NCBI RefSeq assembly: GCF_018350175.1
Contig: NC_058382.1
Coordinates: forward strand, 58,840,001-58,904,000
Direction of reading: 5' to 3'
From: Felis catus
Lineage: Eukaryota
Length of the DNA: 64,000 nt
This document shows positions 46,879-59,831 of this stretch, one piece after another. Position numbers and translations under genes: made by a program. Under the pieces are notes generated by a model. That model saw nothing but the letters and a program-made list of their open reading frames with translations, was not told the DNA's origin and did no database searches. The first letter of the stretch is position 1, and every line of letters starts with the position of its first letter.

Positions 46879-48164
46879 GACACTCAGCGAGTGGCTCATT
46901 TAGGTCCTAGGCCCCGTGCTCCTCCTGGTGCCTCACCATTGTTCAGACACAGTGGCCGCTCCCTTCCAGCACCTTCCGGGCTCTGGGCCCCCCGTCCCCT
47001 GGGAGGACGGTGGTGCTATGTCATGGCCGATTCCCCACTCCTGGCCCCCCCCCCCCAGTGGCGTTTTGAGACTCTGCAATCCGGGGAGGGGGGGGCTCAG
47101 GCCGTAGGTGGCAGAACCAGTCCCCTACGGCCAACGGGTCCGGCCCCCGGTGTCCCCAAGGTGCCAGGGAGCATACCGCAGGCAAGTCCCCGCAGAGCTG
47201 GCTGCGAGTCAGGCGGCCTTACAAATCACTCCGTTAAACCTAAAAGCTTCAGCAATCCCGGGGATTACGAGGAGCCCCGGCGAGGCCGCATTAGGACGGG
47301 CCTCCGGGGGAACATGGAAGGTGTTTACACTTGTTGAAGGGTTCATTTCGGTGAAGGATGACAGGGCCTCGGCCTCGGAGAATCATGTGTGCATGGACTT
47401 TTCTTTCTTTTTTTTTTTTTTTCCAGCAAACACTCAAGCTCTCAAGAGGTCAGATACAGTGCAAGGCAGAAATCACGCTCGGCTTCAGGCGGGGACGTGG
47501 TGCCGGGTGCCAAGCCGTCTCTCTGGGTTTCGGGGTCTTCCCATCCCGGTTTCTGTGAGCCTGGCAGACGCGGGACCTGCCTGAGACGGCTCCTCGTGGG
47601 CTCCCGCCGAGTTCTGCCGGCGCCCTGCTGGATGCCTGCACCGGGCACCTTCCCCTGCCCCCTCTGGGGATTTTCCGTTGCCCGGGGTGGTGGGGGGGGG
47701 GGGCGGGTGCCGTAGGACCTGCCCGTCCATGCACGACCAGGGAAAGCGTTCACGCGTCACGGGGTGAATCACTGGCCAACGACAGGCAGAAGCCAGCCGG
47801 TTACCCCTCCTCCTTCTCTCCTCCTTGTTTGGACCGTCCTGAGAAGCGACTGTTCACACAGACTTTAGGAAGATGGCCCCCGAACACGGAGTGACCAACT
47901 CTCTTCATACCAAGCCATGGCCGCTTCCTTGGACCCTCCTACCGGTCCCCCTTCCTCCTAGCTCTCCGGGATTTTACCTCCTAAGAAGGTAGTAGCATGT
48001 AGGCTTTTGCCTCAGGTTTTGTTTTCTGAGGAACACACACACTCACCACCCCCCCAACACACACGCCTGCACACACACGTAATGGGTAGTCTTCCTGAGC
48101 CTTTCTCCATCCCGACGGTCCTAGCACGGGGCCCAGGACCTAAATGCGCCACTCGCTGAGTGTC
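46879..48164. repeat. 42-bp inverted repeat pair (46879-46920 and 48123-48164), 40/42 identical, 1202-bp spacer
   Basis: Left arm GACACTCAGCGAGTGGCTCATTTAGGTCCTAGGCCCCGTGCT; reverse complement of right arm GACACTCAGCGAGTGGCGCATTTAGGTCCTGGGCCCCGTGCT. Confidence 0.95.
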
Positions 48165-50344
48165 CGTCAAGGGACCTCTCATTTCCTTCCACAAAACGGC
48201 CAACGGCAGCACCTTCGCTTTCGGGATCACGGCCATCACTTCTGTGGCAGGGACTGATGGATTGCTCTCCAAGTCATTGCCCCTTCCCTCCGGGGCGCAC
48301 GGCCCTCCGCATTTCCCAGACTCCCTCGCGGAGGGGGGGCAGCCAAGCGGCCGAGTCGTGGGCAAGGGGATGTGACAATAGTGACGTTGGCCGCTTCTGG
48401 GTCCATAAAACGCTAACGTGCAACCTTCCCGGTTCGCCCTTCCTCACCCAGCTGCCGAACAGACAGGCATCCCAGGACCGGGGAAGGCGGATCCGGGCGG
48501 CGGAGGCAGGAAAGCTCCCACCCGGGAGAACCGGTACGGGGCTGCGGTGCGAGCAAGAAATAAGCCTCCACGCAGCGAGCCTCTAAAACTGGGAGTTGTG
48601 AGTCGCAGCGGGAAAACCACCCTCGTGAACGCGACCCGCCAGACTTTGCGCCCCACACGTGTCTGTGCACCATCCCGCTTAGCCACCACAGACAAAGTGC
48701 GGCTATTAAACCGGGCTGGTGCGGAAAATGAGGCACGTTACACGGCAGCACTTAGAAGTTCGTGCAGGCCGCAAAGGGAGGGGTGGCTCTCCAGAATTTC
48801 GGTGCAACGCACTCCTGCCTTTAGGCAGATGCCCCCCCCTCCGCTTTACAGATGAAGAGACTGAAGTTCCGGGGGGACCAGTGACCTACTTGAGGTACCA
48901 CTCAGTTCACTGGAGTGCCGATCGTCAGTGCTCCAGCCTCCTAACCTCCTCCGTGCTAGCGCACTGGGGACGGGCAGGTGTCTTCACAGGCCTCGGCCGT
49001 GCCTTCCGCGGGAGACGGGATGGTCCTCTCAGGGGAGCTAGTGACTGCAGAGGTGAAGCAGCCCCGTCCAGTGCTGCCGAGTCTGATGCACATCGGGCAG
49101 AGAAGCAATAATGTTGCAGCCAAGGGTTCAGACGGAGTTGGAACTGGCTCCCCCGCCCGCCGGCTGTGTGGCTTGGAGCAAATGACTTAACCTCTCTGTG
49201 CGTTAGGTTCTCATCTGTAGAAGGGGGCTGGTAATGGAACCCACGCAACAAAGCTGTTGGACGCACTCTGACGCAGCTGTTAGGGGAGCCACCCCACGTT
49301 GCCAGCACACAGCAGGCACCCACACGTCGTCCGCGTCGTTGTGACTCGAATGCCCCGGCTGGCCAGCGGTGAGGCTACCCGAACTTACCAGCTCACACTA
49401 TCCCTGCTCAGTCTCTTTGCCCTTTATCCCTCCCAAGTTCTCACCTCACTCCCCGGCTTCACAAACCCAAGGCCACCCACTGACTCCCCTCCCCCGTCAT
49501 TAAACGAGGCTTTCAGGAAAAGATCTAATATCAGTCAGATAATGTAAACCACCAAGTCGCTTTGCCGGGGGCGGGGGGGCATTGCCCGTTTCCCCTGAGT
49601 TTTCAGTGCCGGGGTGCGGCTTCCTGGGACAAAGGTCTGGGGTCTGAGCGGGCAGGCAGGGGGCAGATGCAGAGGAGGATCTGGGGGGGGCACCTCTCCC
49701 CCACTCCTGCCTGGACACCCCGGACAGTGGATCCCGGCAGGCACTTGGGTCTGAGTCACCAGATGACCGGATGGCTTTGGCCGGCTCTCAGCCCGAACTG
49801 CGAGCCCGTAATACCACCCCAGCTCGGCCTTGTGGTTTTGTTTTGCTCCTTCCCCCAAACAAGGTCCTCGAGAGGGCACGGGGGTCCGTCCGGTGCACTG
49901 TGATTCCGGGGAAGCGTGGGGCGAGAGCGATTATCTTCGGAGCCCCGGAGAAACTTTTTCAGGAGAAGGATGTGGAGTGTGCGAGATGCTTCGGCACAAG
50001 ATGCTGTCGGCCCCTGCACTGGACGTGACCCGGGGAGCCCCAAGTCCCCACACCTCTGCACAGCCCGTGTCCACCACCTGTCCACCAGGGTCTGCCTCCC
50101 TCCCGCTCCCCCTCCCTTCCTTCTCTCCATCCTTCCCTTGTCCGCGCGCCCACCCGCCCACCCGCCCACCCACCAGCCGTCTGCTCGTTGATCAACTTTG
50201 TAACTGCGAAAGCACCAGCGTGGATCCAGGACATGCCAGGCACCCGGGAGCCGCCCGTGGAGCAGGGACGACCCTGACCCTTCCCCTCCAGCTCATCGTC
50301 CAGCGGGGAGTTCACCAACGTGAGGATTCAGCTGCTGTCCTCGT

Positions 50345-50600
50345 CTGGGCTCCCTCAGAAGCGGACCCGAGGCAAGGAATGCGGTGTGTTTGGAAGATGA
50401 CCCCGGGAACTAACCCGAGGGGAGTGGAGGGGTGAGGCAAGGAAAAGGAGGCGCCCGAGAAAAGGCGCGCCACTGAGCAGGTTGTACCTGGAGCTCCACG
50501 CTGCTGGAAACCTCCGGAAGGCTTGCACATCGCCTCCCAGAGGTGGCCACCCACTGACTCCCGGCCACCCCTGGTTAAGGGCTGCTTCTGGGCAGCTGGG
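50345..50600. mobile_element. LTR16-like ERVL LTR fragment
   Basis: CTGGGCTCCCTCAGAAGCGGACCCGAGGCAAGGA...TTTGGAAGATGACCCCGGGAA...GGGGAGTGG...GTGAGGCAAGGAAAAGG. Confidence 0.6.
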
Positions 50601-50894
50601 CTCGGGGATGGGGGGGCAAAGCCAGTCCCCTATGCAGATGAGCCGCACGCGGGATTGGGGGGAGGGGTCCCACGCTCTCCTTATATCTGCGCAGGCGTAG
50701 GATGGCCCGAAAGGATGCGCGAGGCCTGACAAAGTGTGGCGAGGGTGCTGTGCGTGAGCTCAACGTGCGTGGTCCACAGCCGGCCCGCGTGGAAGAAAAA
50801 GCAGCTAGAAGAGCCAATGACACAAAGTAACAGAGGAACAGGCCGTCTCAGGAATCATGAAGCACCTGGGAACTACCCTTTAAGAGAAAGTGCA

Positions 50895-51126
50895 GGGGCG
50901 CCTGGGCGGCTCAGTCGGTGGAGCGTCCGACTTCGGCCCAGGTCACGACCTCACACTTCGTGGGTTCGAGCCCCGCGTCGGGCTCTGTGCGGACAGCTCG
51001 GAGCCCGGAGCCCGCTTCGGATTCTGTGTCTCCCTCTCTCTCTCTCTGCCCCTCCCCCGCTCACGCTCTGTCTCTGTCTCAAAAATAAATAAACATTAAA
51101 AAATAAAAATTAAAAAAATAAATAAA
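50895..51126 (+). mobile_element. Feline Can-SINE (SINEC_Fc) with 10-bp TSD, inserted in an old L1 ORF2 fragment (about 50850-51390)
   Basis: Head GGGGCGCCTGGGCGGCTCAGTCGG; TSD AGAAAGTGCA at 50885-50894 and 51127-51136. Flanks read as degraded L1 ORF2 (CCCTGTTCGTGGGTGGGA; AAAACAGCTAAGACCGTTCTGGAAAAG). Confidence 0.93.
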
Positions 51127-51659
51127 AGAAAGTGCAGAACTTTTATGGAGAAATGGAAGACTGTGTGAAGACGCGAAGGAAGACCGGAACGAATAAAAGG
51201 TGACCCCTGTTCGTGGGTGGGATAACCCGGCCGTGTCCAGTCACCGCCTCCCTTCGAACTGACAATACGTCCCGTGACGCGCCCGTCAAAGTCCCAGGAC
51301 AGCCTTTGGAAGAACTCGGCCACCGGATTCTCTAAAACTCCTATGGGAAAATAAACTTCCAAAAACAGCTAAGACCGTTCTGGAAAAGTGCAAAATGTGA
51401 TCTTTATCTTTTAGTTTGTCCGAGTATTAGACGCTGTCGCCCCGGTACACATACGTTTTACATACTTCACGTTTTTGTGTAAACAGCACTTAAATCTTAA
51501 TAGCAATAGTTTAAAAGTCTCATGGTAATTCATCAAGTTGCTTTATCTTAATTTCCCTAACCACACCCCCTACTGTTGATATTTCAAATTCCAGTTTTTA
51601 ACCATCCTCTGAGGAAAAAAAAAAAAAAAGAAAAAGAAATCTCATGGGAGATATTTCCT

Positions 51660-53629
51660 TTGTATTTTTACCCTCTCACCAAATTCTTAAGTGCACAGTT
51701 GGGCACTGTTACCTGCAGGGAGCACACTGCCAGCATTTCTAGAACTCGCCTTGCATAACGGAAACTTCACACAGTTGAACAGCTTCCTCCCATTTCCCTC
51801 CCCCAGCCGCCCCCACCCCACCCCCGCCGCCCCGGCAGCCACCACCCTGCTCCCCGCTTCTGTGAGTCCGGCTTTTTCCGATTCCACATGCAAGTGAGCT
51901 CATCTGGGCATTTTTAACTTAATGCAATGTTCTCCAGGTCCGTCCATATCTTACAGATGGCAGAATTTCCTTTTTTAAGGCTGAGTAATATCCCGCTGTG
52001 TATCTATAGCCACATTTTCTCTGCCCATTCAATCATCGGTAGACATTTCGATTGTCTGCATATCTTGGCTACTGTGACTAATGCGGCAGTGAACATGGGA
52101 GCTCAGATGCCCATCTGAGGTCCTGACTTCAGTTCCTTTGGTTCTGTACCCCGCGAGGAACAGCCACATCTCACGCCAGCCCTATCTCTAATATTTTGAG
52201 GAGCCCCCGTACTGTTTCCATAATGGCTGTGCAAATTCACGCTCCCACCAGCAAGTGTCCCGGGGTCCTCTTTTTTACACGCTCCTGCTAACAGTGGCCT
52301 TTTGTCTTTCTGCAAACAGTCACTCCGACCAGCGTGAAGTGAGACCTCACTGTGGCTTTGGTTTGCATTTTCCCGATGACGAGGGACGTCGAGCATCGTC
52401 TCGTGGGCCTGCCGGACGCGTGCATGTCTCCTTTGGAGAACTGTCTACTCCAGTCCCTTGCCCGTCTTTTCACTGGGTTATGTGCACTCTTGCTATTGAG
52501 CTGTCTGGGTTCCCTATACATTCTGGATATTAACCCCTCATCAGGTGAATGGCAGCATTTCCTGCATTGTCTCTTCACTCTGCTGACGGTTTCCTTTGCT
52601 GTGCAGAGAGTTTTTAGTTGGCTGCAGCCCCGTTTGTCTATTTTTGCTTTTGTTGCAATGTTTTGGGGTCATATCCAAAGAATCACCGCCCAGACTAATG
52701 TCACAAAGGCTTTCTCCTATGACTCCTTCTACTAATTTTAGAGTTTCAGACCTTATGTTTACATCTTTAATCTGTTCTGAGCTGGCTTGTACATGGTGTG
52801 AGATAAGGATCCAATTTCACTCTTCTGCGTGTCTGTGGTGTTCTGTAGTTTCAGCGAACGAGCCATTTCCCTCCTCGGTTCAGTTTATCACCGAGTTCTT
52901 TGTTCTATGTGAGGCTATAGCGAACGAGAAGGTTTTCTTAATTTCCTTTTTGGACAGTCTGTTGTGAGAGTACAGAAATGCCACTGAGACCTGTGTGTGG
53001 GTTTTAAGATTCCTGTAACCTTACGTTCGTCACGGAGTCTGAAGGATTTTCTACATATAAGATCGTGTCATCGGCAAATAGCTTATTTTACTTCTTTCTT
53101 TCCAATCTGGATGCCTTTTATTTCTTTTTCTTGCCCAATTGCCGTGGCCAGGACTTCCAGGACTGTGTCGAATACGGGCGGTGAGAGCGAGCTTTTCCCC
53201 ACTGAGGATGATATTAACTGTGGCTTTTCACATGTGGCCTTTATTATGTTGAGGTACATTCCTGGGGAACAGGAAACACTTCCAAACTCATTTTATGAGG
53301 CCAGCATTACTCTGGTACCAAAACAAGATAAGGACATTGCAAGAAAAGGAAATTACGGGCCAATTTTCGTGTGAACTTAGATGCAAAAGTCCTCGACAAA
53401 ATCCGCGCAAACCAAATCCGACAGCACTGTAGAAGGACCACATTCCTCGGCCAAGTGGGATACATCCCTGGGATGTAAGGGCAGTCCGACACACTCCAGT
53501 CAGTTCCTGTAATACACCACATAAACGGAACGAAGGAAGAACACAATCACCTCGACAGAGGCAGAGAAAACATTTGACAAAGCCTCAACACGCTCTTGTA
53601 AGAATCCCAGCAAACTAGGTATAGAAGGG
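51660..53629 (-). mobile_element. Old L1 (L1MA/MB-like) with 5' inversion: minus-strand 3' part 51660-53263 and inverted plus-strand RT segment 53264-53629
   Basis: The minus part has L1 3' UTR and ORF2 motifs (RCSTSLVIGKMQTKATVRSHFTLVG). The plus part encodes TLPNSFYEASITLVPKQDKD...NYGPI, then degraded sequence ending AAACTAGGTATAGAAGG (KLGIEG). Confidence 0.88.
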
Positions 53630-56600
53630 AGAACTCTCTTGGCATTAGAAGGATCTTTAATGCTCTGAACAATGGCTTTGCTTTTATTTTATGAGGGCTA
53701 CACAGCTCAGTATAGTTCTAGTTCCCTCGAATTTGGGGGGAGAAGAGAACTCAGAGCGAAATCTGTGGTCAGCGCCTAGGGCACTGCAGATACCTTTTTC
53801 ATCCCTGCCCTTATCTATCTTGGCTTAATATTGCCAGTCAACCATACTAAGTCCTGACATTGTCACGTCCAGACTGAGACACTGACCCCAGCTGAGAAGC
53901 CCTGGACACGCTCACGGAAGTTGGGCTTAGCCGGGCCTGGCAGGGGCGGGGGGGGGGGGGGGGCGGCGCCAGATGCTGAGGGCTGGTGCTGACTGTGCTG
54001 TCTCCTGATGCTCCCTCATCGTGGGAAGGTCTGCCCAAACTTGTGGTGCAGGTTGCTGACTGTACAAATGATGGATGCATGACCCACTGGCCCTGTGGGC
54101 AGCAGGGAAGTGCATTTCAGTTTCACAGAGGAACCTTCTGGACATTCCTGCATGGGGGAATGGAGACCCTAGGGACTTTTCCTCCTGGACACAGAGGAAG
54201 GTGTGTCGAGGCACGGCCGATGGGGTGGGGCTGCTTCCCCAGAGGGCCGGGTCGGCGGGGGGTGGGGAGTGAGGGGTGGGGGCAGCTAGAGCAGCCGGAC
54301 TCTTCAGGACAGCTGTTTCCCCCGGCACTCTCCCTGTGGAGTCACTTTGGACGTCAAGAGTGGCTTCCCTGAATATGGTTTTCCTTCCTCCGCAGAGACC
54401 TCCCAGGGCCTGTCTGCTATTCAAACCCAGAGTCAGGATTTCACAGCCACCGCGGAGGGCTGCGGGCAACAGTCCCAGGCCTGACCCCTCAGGCTGAGAC
54501 CACCCTCTGCCTCCCGCCCTGCACCCCAGTGATGCTGGGAGGGCTGTCTCGGGGACAGGAACGCCGAGCTCTGGAAGCCCAAGGCTCACCCGGGCTGAAG
54601 GCAGGGGAAACCACCCTGTCCCCACAGCAAACCCAGCCTTAGTCCAGGTGACACATTCTGCTTTGAAAGCTGCCGTCTCGGGCCTGGAAAACGGGCTGCT
54701 TCTCGGAATGAGCCTTCCCACCTGGACTGAAACTGCCCGGTATCCGGCAACGCGCGTTACCCGCTCGCCGAAACTTCAACAACACACCCCCGGGGCTGAG
54801 CCTGGTCCGAAACCGGCAAAGTCAAGGCAGAAACGGGCCCAGAGCAGCTGCGGAGCCCCAGCAAGCAGCTGGGCGGCCGGAGCCAGGCCTCGCGAGAGTG
54901 GGGTTCGCTTCCCAACCCCTCGGCTGGGTTGAAAAGTTAGCCCCGAGGTCTTGTAGTTAATGACAAATGCCTATTGAGTCCACATGTGGTGGGATTTAAG
55001 GTTAAAAGCATAATTAATTTTTTGCTTTCGAGTTAAAAAATAAACAAGTCACTATTCACTCATCGGCATGTGTTCCCTGAGTGCCCACCTTGTGGCCTGG
55101 CAGTGTTCCAGAGCAAGCAGCCGTGGGCCTGACCTGCAGAAGGAGGCATCCGGGGGTCACGGGGACAACAGCCGTGTCCGTGACGAGTGTGTGCATGTGG
55201 CAGAAGCTGGGGGTGGGAGACGGGGCTCAGGGAGGGCCCGAGATGGCACCTGAGCAGCAACGGAGGGGCCGGAGGCAGAGGCCCTGGGGGGACACGGAGG
55301 GCAGGGTGGCTGGTGACACGTGACGGGGAGGGTGGTGGCCCCCCCGAGGCAGGGAAGTAGCTGGGGAGGAGAGACGCAGGCCCGGGCCGGGCGGTGGTGC
55401 ACTCACTAACACACTCACGCCCCCGAGCCTCACAGACGTGCACACTCATACGCACACCGGACACCCACACATTCAGACACTTGTGTGCCTTGACTCACAC
55501 ACACCCATGCACGCTTTCGCATGAACACATACACACATCCGCACTCACGGGCACGTGCCCCCCGGTCACACCCAGCCATGCGCATATTCATACCCTCACG
55601 CGACACTGCCTGACCCACGAGCGCCCACGCGCACCCCCCCACCGTCTCGCCCACGCACCCCTTTCCGGGGGCGAATCTCCGGTCCCACCTCAGCCTTCTG
55701 CTCCAGAGGCGAGCTGGACCCCGACTCGGCGCCCTCTGCGTGGGAACCTGCACATAGGCGGGGTGCCCTCGGCCTCACCCTCCCATCCCCACGTGCATGA
55801 GAAGTGCCCCCAGTCAAGGGGCGGGTGGGCTCCGGAGACAGGAGCAGAGACGTCCAGGCGGTGCCCCCTGCCCCACGGCACCAGGGTCAGAGACGTCTGC
55901 TCATCAGGGGCACACCGGACTGCCCAGTGACACTGGCACACGGGCAGCAGGTGCGTGAGCACAGAGGGGCCGGGGCCACGGGCGGGGGCGGCCCAGGGCT
56001 AAGAGGTGGAGAAGGCTGGGCGCTCGGCCCGGGGCAGGGTCTCACCAGCACCCACCCCGCCCGGGGCCTGAAGGCTGAAAGGAAGCGTAAGAGATCGTCC
56101 CCAGGCAGCGTTTATGGGACACGGCACACCGGGGCCCTCTCAGTCGGCGCTCACGGTCTCAGAAGGGAGCGGTGGGGGTGGGGGTGGGGGTGGGGGCGGC
56201 TGTCCGGATTGGCGGCCGGCTGGGGGCCGCTGCACCCCAGCACATGGAAGAGGTACCAGCCTCTCCGGGCAGAATCCTGGACGGCTTATCTCCGGGCTCC
56301 TGACGGGAAAGGGAGGTATTTACAAGGGGCGAAGTCCAGCGGCTGGCCGCGGGCCAGCTCACATCCTCCGCACAAGGCAGGTTTTTTCAGACTTCCATGT
56401 TCTGTTGAGCTGAAGAAAAGCGCTTCTTACACACAAAAGTAAATAAATAAATAAATGAATGAATAAATAAATAAATAAATGCAAGCAAGAGCAGTGACTT
56501 TAAGAATCAGGTTAGCGGGGTTCGCGGGACCGGCCCGACCTCCTCACAGGAGGGGGAGTAAAAAAACACCACCCCGCACACATATGAGCCCTGAGTCCGC

Positions 56601-57601
56601 AGGTTTGGAGGCCTTCTACACCTGTGAGATCAGCCACCATCTCAGGCACGAACACCCAGGGCCGGCGTGGCTGCTGAGGCCCGTGGCCTGCCGCGTGGCT
56701 GACGGGGCCGTGGGGGGGGTCACGGTCCACTGGGAAAGGGCTGACGGGCAGGTAGGAAGAACTACATTGGTCCGGGAAACCCTTACTTCTGGAGGTGTTT
56801 TCCGAAGAAATAAGCGAATGAGGAGAGAAAAGCTTGCAGGGGTGAAGACGTCCGTGCCCGCCGCTGTTAAGAGAGAAAACGGAGACACCTAAAAATCTCC
56901 AGCAGCGAAGGTGCAAAGCCCTCGACCGGATGAGACGCTAACTTGCTTCGAAAGCAGAAAACAAAGAGCCGCACCACGCTTACCATCTAATAAGAGACGA
57001 AAAGCATTAGAACGTGACAAGAGCAAAGGACGTGAGGAAACAAGGTCGCATCCAGGACGCTGGTTCTGGAGCCAGCGCGGTCAGGAGTCGACGCTCAGCT
57101 GTGGTATGAGGTCATCGACGTGGCTTACGGACACCGAGGGAACGAAGTCAGGCGAGGGCTGTCGCACGCACGGGCAGAGGACCGTTGGAGGAGCAGGCCC
57201 CCAGGCCAGCAGGCATTCGCTGGCACCTCCCGGACCACGGTCGGCATCGGGCGTGCGCGTGTGTGCCCGGCTCAGTCCTCACGACGCCGGCTCTGAGGTG
57301 GCCGGGCCTGGGCTCAAGTCGCGCTCAGCCCATCGCCAGCCGCACGACCTTGGGCGCTCACCGCCTCCTCGGCTTCTCCACCTCCCTATGCTTAACGGCC
57401 CCTTTCCCACAGTAGCCAATCCCGCTGCCCATTACCCGTGACTCGAGACCTTTGCAAAAAAAAAAAAAAAGTCCAATATCAACTCTCCCGCTGACATACC
57501 ACTGTGCTTTTGAGAAAAATTAGAAATAAAAAAAAAAATCCCTCCATTTCGGATGGGAGGTGATCTACTTGCCGGGAGGGGGGGGCTGGAAGTCACGCCC
57601 C

Positions 57602-57602
<1 letters not shown>

Positions 57603-57642
<40 letters not shown>
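57603..57642. repeat. Poly-C homopolymer, 40 nt
   Basis: Uninterrupted C run. Confidence 0.9.
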
Positions 57643-57646
<4 letters not shown>

Positions 57647-58194
57647 CCACAGGGGCTCCGCACATCCCGGAAGCCGAGGCCGAGGGTCTGCTAGCTTTTC
57701 CACACAATATCCCTTCAATTGTGTGTCTGGCTTGAATGCAAAAGCATATGGCCTTCCCACTTGCAGTTTAACAACTTGCGGGCATTGTCTGGCTTTCAGC
57801 CCTCCATCCTCCAAAATCTCAGGTTGGGTGCCCATAAAAATGCATAGGCACTAACTTTCCTGTTTTTCCAGGCACAGGCTCTCTCAGGAAATGCATCACC
57901 GAGTGGGTTTTCACTGCGGTTCCCAGGCATATGATGGAAGCTCCCATCGTGTCTGAGTTTGGAGCCCCAGCTCACTGGGCCTTTATTCTCTGGGGGGGCC
58001 GGACCTTGACCCATGGGGCTGCCCAGGAAATTACCTGAGGGCAGGGCTAGCGAACCACCCATGTGTCCATCCAGGTGCCCAGACACCACATGTTTACTAG
58101 ACACACACCAAGGGCCAAGGATTCCAGCCTCCAAGGAGATCCCACTTTGTGGGAGAATATTCCAGCCAGCTGGTGTTATGTCGCAAATCAGCCC

Positions 58195-59075
58195 AAAACC
58201 TCATGGATGGAACAGCAAGCATTTCGTTGTCTCCTATATTCGCTGCGGTGACAGAGTGCCGCCAGTTGAGGGACTTGAACGACAGAAATATACTGTCCCA
58301 CATGTCCGAGATGTGGGCAGGTGGGGGCTCCTGCTGCGGCCGTGAGGGAGGCTGTGCTCCAGGCCTCCCCTGGCTTCTGGTGGTCTGTTGACGATCTCTG
58401 ATATTCTTTGCCTTGAAGAAGCATCACCCCGAGCTCTGGGGTGGCTCAGAGGGTTAAGCGTCCGACTCCCGCTCAGGTCATGATCTCGCGGTCCGTGAGT
58501 TCGAGCCCCACGTCGGGCTCTGTGCTGACAGCTCAGAGCCTGGAGCCTGCTTTGGATTCTGTGTCCCCCCTTCCCCTTCTCTCTGCCCTTCTCCCATTCG
58601 TTTTCTCTCTTTCTCTCAAAAATAAATAAATTAAAACAAAATTAAAACAAAAAAGAAGTTTCGCCCTAATCCCTGCCTTCGGGTTCACACGGCTTTCTCC
58701 CTGTGTCTGAGTTTCCCTCCCTTACAGGGACACCGGTCACACCATTTCACGTGGATTACTTCCATAAGCCCGGTGTCTGAGTAAGGTCATAGTCTGAGCC
58801 AGCAGGGGTTGGGTCTCCCGTGTATCTTCCGTGGGATGACGCAGGTGGGTCAGCGGCGACTCTCCCCGGTGGGGCTGCCCAAGGGGTGTGGCTGGCCCAG
58901 CCCACGTGCTCTGTGCGGCCTCTCCGTGGGGGTGGGCTTGGGCTTCCCCACAGCGTGGCCGCCAGACGCTTCGGGAGCGGCCACCCCAGTGAGCAACAGA
59001 GAAGCCGCCTTGCCTTTCGTGACCTAGCTCTGGAAGCCACGTAGCATCACTTCTGCCATCCTCTGGGGGCCCCCT
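58195..59075 (-). mobile_element. MLT1 LTR cluster (MLT1C/D-like with MLT1G/H-like sequence), interrupted by a Can-SINE
   Basis: CTATATTCGCTGCGGTGACAGAGTGCC...ACTTGAACGACAGAAAT...GCTCCAGGCCTCCCCTGGCTTCTGGTGG; CCTTACAGGGACACCGGTCA; GTGACCTAGCTCTGGAAGCCAC...CATCACTTCTGCCA. Confidence 0.7.
58431..58652 (+). mobile_element. Feline Can-SINE (SINEC_Fc)
   Basis: GGGTGGCTCAGAGGGTTAAGCGTCCGACT...GGTCATGATCTCGCGGTCCGTGAGTTCGAGCCCC...A-tail. Imperfect TSD AAGAAGCATCACCC / AAGAAGTTTCGCCC (11/14). Confidence 0.93.
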
Positions 59076-59644
59076 CGGGCACCGACACACGCCGAGTTTC
59101 AGGGGACGGGGAGGCAGGCCCCGCCTGTTGAAGGAGGGAGGGTGGAAGGCACGTGTGGGATGGGATACTGGCACCGCGCTCACAGCACTGTTGGCGGCCA
59201 CAGGGGCACTGGAGCAGTGAACGCGCACGGCGGGTGCCGGCTGCCGCTTCCAGGCAGATGTGGTTGCCATGGAAACACGGCGCCTGGGCACGGGGCCCAC
59301 GTGAGCAGCCCAGAGGGCTTCCCGGGGACGTTACACTGAGGTCCGAAGGGGGGTGAGCACTAATCAGCTCGACGGGGTGGGGGGCAGAGGAACCTGTCTG
59401 TGCCAAGGCCAGGAGGCGGGGGACGGCGTGGGCCTTCTGCAAGAAGCTGAAATTCCAGGGGCACGCGTGCCCACCCAGAGCCCCCCAACAATTTCCCGAG
59501 ATCCCAGTTTCTTGCACGGAAACCCGGAAGACCTACGTTTTCTCCGGACTGGTAAGTGGGTCCTGAGACACTTGGGGCCCCTGATCCGTTCATGTGATTC
59601 CGTGGCAGTCATTGTGTTGAAACTGATCGTGCCTTCGTCTCGAT

Positions 59645-59831
59645 CAGGGCTCAGTCAACTTTTTCCATAGGAGACCAGCTGGCAATATTTTAGCCTTTGG
59701 AAGGCACATGGTGACTGCCACTGCAGTGCAAAAGCAGCCCTAGGTGACACACCAATGGGCGGGCCTGGCGGCGTTCCAATAAAACTTTATTTATAAAAAC
59801 AGGTGGCGGGCTATTGTTTGCTGGCTTCTGG
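59645..59831 (-). mobile_element. MER58A-like MITE
   Basis: CAGGG...AACTTTTTCCATAG...AATATTTTAGCCTTTG...GCAAAAGCAGCC...GTTCCAATAAAACTTTATTTATAAAAACAGGTGGCGGGC. Confidence 0.85.

Noticed and set aside
46615..47337. 240-aa ORF overlapping the inverted-repeat segment as a possible transposase or recombinase
   Set aside because: Low-complexity Gly/Pro/Arg sequence with no DDE, tyrosine- or serine-recombinase motifs, and it starts outside the left arm.
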